Both the position numbers and the translations under genes were made by a program. From contig JBFXGO010000034.1 in NCBI GenBank assembly GCA_050239825.1, positions 1 through 28,479 of the forward strand: a DNA stretch of 28,479 nucleotides, written 5' to 3'. The notes beneath the pieces were generated by a model. The model was not told the origin of the DNA, did no database searches, and saw nothing but the letters and a program-made list of their open reading frames with translations. The DNA comes from a bacterium. Lineage in GTDB: Bacteria; Hydrothermota; 32-111. Below, piece by piece: positions 26,532 to 28,479 of the stretch. Position 1 is the stretch's first letter. Every line of letters begins with the position of its first letter.

Positions 26532-27455
26532 TCAATTGTGTTTATTAATCCACTCAATAATATCTTTGTATATTTCCTTCCTGTTTAGTTCATTGAGCAC
26601 CTCATGCCTGCAATCCGGATATAGATTTATTTCTATGTCTTTTGCTTTGAATCTCGTGTAGAGAGATGCGAACTGTTTCACTCCTTTTGTAAAATTTCCC
26701 ACAGGGTCTTTCGCTCCGGATATGAAATAAATGGGAATCTTTGTGTTCGTTTTTTTTATTTCATACGGTTTTGCCAACCTGAAGTATCCGAATATCATGT
26801 CAAAGTAGAATGATGCGGTGAACGGACCCCCGCAGAAAGGGTCATTCGCATAATTGTCGACTCTCTCCCGGTCGCGGGAGAGCCATTCGAACATTGTTGG
26901 TTTGGGATTAAATGATGAGTTATACCCATTATATTGGAGTTTGTAAATGAGATTGCTCCTGTGCCTCTTTCCAAAAAAGAGCATCTGCAATAAAGCGATT
27001 TTTAAAGCCGCCAATTCGCTAATTGAGGGTATTCCATTGGCTCCTGAAAGTATCACCCCGCTATACCCATCCCTAAACCTCTCCATATATCTCCTTAAAA
27101 CCATTGAACCCATTGAGTGCCCTAAAATAAATAATTTTTTCCCGGGATTCTCATATAAGGCTATTTCAGTAACTCTCCTTGCATCAGATACAAGGGTTTC
27201 CCATTTGAACACTCCTCCGAGATAGCCGTACTCATCAAGTGAGCCGGCGGTTTTGCCATGCCCTCTCATATCATGAACATAAACCGCATAGCCGTTCTTT
27301 AAAAGAAAATCTATGAATTCATCATACCTTCCAGAATGTTCAGCCATTCCGTGCAGTATCTGGATAATTCCCTTGACTTCACAAGCGGGAAAATGCTTTC
27401 TTAAAAATATTTTTTGTTTGTCTGTTGTCTCAATAAAAACAGATTCGTTCTTCAC
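26532..27455 (-). CDS. Alpha/beta hydrolase, lysophospholipase/monoacylglycerol lipase-like
   Basis: HGMAEHSGRY, DMRGHG, GHSMG nucleophile elbow, GAKDPV and RHEVLNE. Start re-called to GTG 27455 overlapping the DUF3795 stop (GTGA). Confidence 0.9.
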   Translation of the reverse strand: MKNESVFIETTDKQKIFLRKHFPACEVKGIIQILHGMAEHSGRYDEFIDFLLKNGYAVYVHDMRGHGKTAGSLDEYGYLGGVFKWETLVSDARRVTEIALYENPGKKLFILGHSMGSMVLRRYMERFRDGYSGVILSGANGIPSISELAALKIALLQMLFFGKRHRSNLIYKLQYNGYNSSFNPKPTMFEWLSRDRERVDNYANDPFCGGPFTASFYFDMIFGYFRLAKPYEIKKTNTKIPIYFISGAKDPVGNFTKGVKQFASLYTRFKAKDIEINLYPDCRHEVLNELNRKEIYKDIIEWINKHN

Positions 27456-27796
27456 TTCTTCTTTCTCTCTTCCTCTAATACATCTTTTACAGACGGAACC
27501 ATCTTTATGAAATTGCTTATTTTTTCGCAGGGATAATCGCCGCACTTTCCGCAATTCTTCACTTTTTTTGATATTGCGCACAGGCGCATTTCACACTCAT
27601 TGCAGTGGGCAAAGAGCACAAGAGAGTTGGAGACGCATCCATCGCAGTTTATGCCCTCCGGTTTTATATCTGCATTGAACATCTTCGACCACTCATCAGC
27701 CGTCTTCTTTCTTAAATTGTTATCGTTCTTGTTTTTTGCTATATAGGCAGGGCATTCATTGCATACAAGGCCGCAGACAGCAATGATTTTTTTCAT
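27452..27796 (-). CDS. DUF3795-family Cys-rich protein
   Basis: AVCGLVCNECPAY, CDGC, C..CEMRLC and NCGKCGDYPC. RBS AAGGAG. Confidence 0.85.
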   Translation of the reverse strand: MKKIIAVCGLVCNECPAYIAKNKNDNNLRKKTADEWSKMFNADIKPEGINCDGCVSNSLVLFAHCNECEMRLCAISKKVKNCGKCGDYPCEKISNFIKMVPSVKDVLEEERKKK

Positions 27797-27922
27797 GTTT
27801 TTCTCCTTTTTTAAATGCTATCAGAGAAATTCAAAAAGTCAATAATACAATTTTAATTGTGAATTTTTAGATATTGATATTCTAACCATAAATGATAATT
27901 TTTTCTATAATGTTTATACCAA

Positions 27923-28168
27923 GGGAGTATAATAAAAGTTGTGTAAAAATATTAGGAGTGGTATATAATAAGATTAATGAAAAGGAGACATTGAACCGAA
28001 TAATGAAGAGTGAGCGAGAGATATATCTGTCAAGTAATGATGATTATGCTAATGGGTATATTGAACGGGGACTTGGAACACCTCTTGGAAAACTTTCATT
28101 ATCATCTCCGAGAACTCAGACAGGAGAGTTTCGTTCGCAGGTTTTGCCGGATAGATACAAGAGAGACA
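27923..28168 (+). mobile_element. IS256-family remnant: left terminal repeat plus truncated transposase 5' segment
   Basis: GGGAGTATAATAAAAGTTGTGTAAAA (27923-27948) resembles IS256-family ends. The frame encodes IMKSEREIYL...ANGYIERGLGTPLGKLSLSSPRTQTGEFRSQVLPDRYKR, the IS256 N-terminal NGY..R.L.T..G.L....PR...G.F motif. Confidence 0.8.
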
Positions 28169-28197
28169 TTGGGGGAAAGAGAGAGGGCGGCTTTTAA
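27961..28197 (+). pseudogene. Truncated IS256 transposase (no DDE domain)
   Basis: Similarity stops after RYKRD and the frame terminates inside the adjacent hairpin. No convincing start codon follows the AGGAG at about 27954. Confidence 0.75.
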
Positions 28198-28213
28198 ACT
28201 TAAACCGCCCTCT
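28182..28213 (-). terminator. Terminator-like hairpin after the CTD-bearing gene
   Basis: AGAGGGCGG (28182-28190) and CCGCCCTCT (28205-28213) form an inverted repeat, with a pyrimidine tail CTCTTTC on the minus strand. Confidence 0.65.
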
Positions 28214-28249
28214 GCGGGAAAACTGCTTTCTCTTTTACCTTTTTGTGTT

Positions 28250-28479
28250 CTACCTTATTATCACCATCTTTCTGTTTATCTGTCTCTCTCCGTCTCTGAA
28301 TCTTATGAAGTATATGCCTGATGAAAGGTGTTCTGTTGAGTAGCTGTGCTGACCTGTCCTGATGTTCACTTCGCTATGCATAACATTGCCTGTGATGTCA
28401 TAAACCGCAAAAATGTTCTCCATTGCAGTATTCGTGTATCTGACCTCAGTCATTGTCACTATCACTTCAGTCCTATCAG
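28250..28479 (-). CDS. 3' end of a protein with a T9SS type-A-like C-terminal sorting domain (partial)
   Basis: Frame open to the window edge: VYDITGNVM...LSSGIYFIRF...RKMVIIR. Confidence 0.8.
   Translation of the reverse strand, partial: DRTEVIVTMTEVRYTNTAMENIFAVYDITGNVMHSEVNIRTGQHSYSTEHLSSGIYFIRFRDGERQINRKMVIIR

Noticed and set aside
27456..27581. Basic N-terminal extension of the hydrolase ORF
   Set aside because: It overlaps the DUF3795 gene. The GTGA coupling at 27455-27452 is the more plausible start.
124..27948. Whole window as a composite transposon between the two IS traces
   Set aside because: The two elements are from different families, with no matching ends or target duplication, and the interior includes ordinary chromosomal genes.
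28010..28321. 103-aa plus-strand ORF
   Set aside because: It is an alternative frame across the IS256 remnant, the terminator and the antisense of the CTD gene, with no coherent protein features.

Overview
Bacterial chromosomal window, moderately AT-rich, from a diderm organism. Two T9SS/FlgD-Ig-type C-terminal sorting domains, Gln-initiated mature proteins and D-S/T-hydrophobic sequons suggest an FCB-related lineage such as WOR-3/TA06 (inference only). From left to right: the left end of a probable IS630-family element; an AT-rich XRE-HTH/ImmA-IrrE metallopeptidase plus DUF4411 PIN two-gene module (TA/defence-like); and an envelope cluster (LolA-like protein, 710-aa beta-barrel-like protein, FecR-domain protein, secreted Ig-like protein, GNAT). 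That cluster lies downstream of a giant ~3148-aa secreted protein made of 32 tandem ~94-aa Asp-box-containing beta-sandwich repeats plus a sorting domain. Next come a lipoprotein, a mscL(Zn-ribbon)-DUF3078 pair and a ~5.6-kb ArsR-controlled metal/redox cluster (cupin, three DUF318-type permeases, CDF, ArsR, ArsC, thioredoxins, CcdA) with a duplicated operator. The right end holds a DMT transporter, a DUF3795-hydrolase-repeat protein operon, an IS256 remnant and the 3' end of a second CTD-bearing gene. No rRNA, tRNA or CRISPR array was seen. The most notable element is the giant repeat protein, with two repeat subfamilies flanking a divergent, sequon-dense centre, and its adjoining uncharacterised envelope module.
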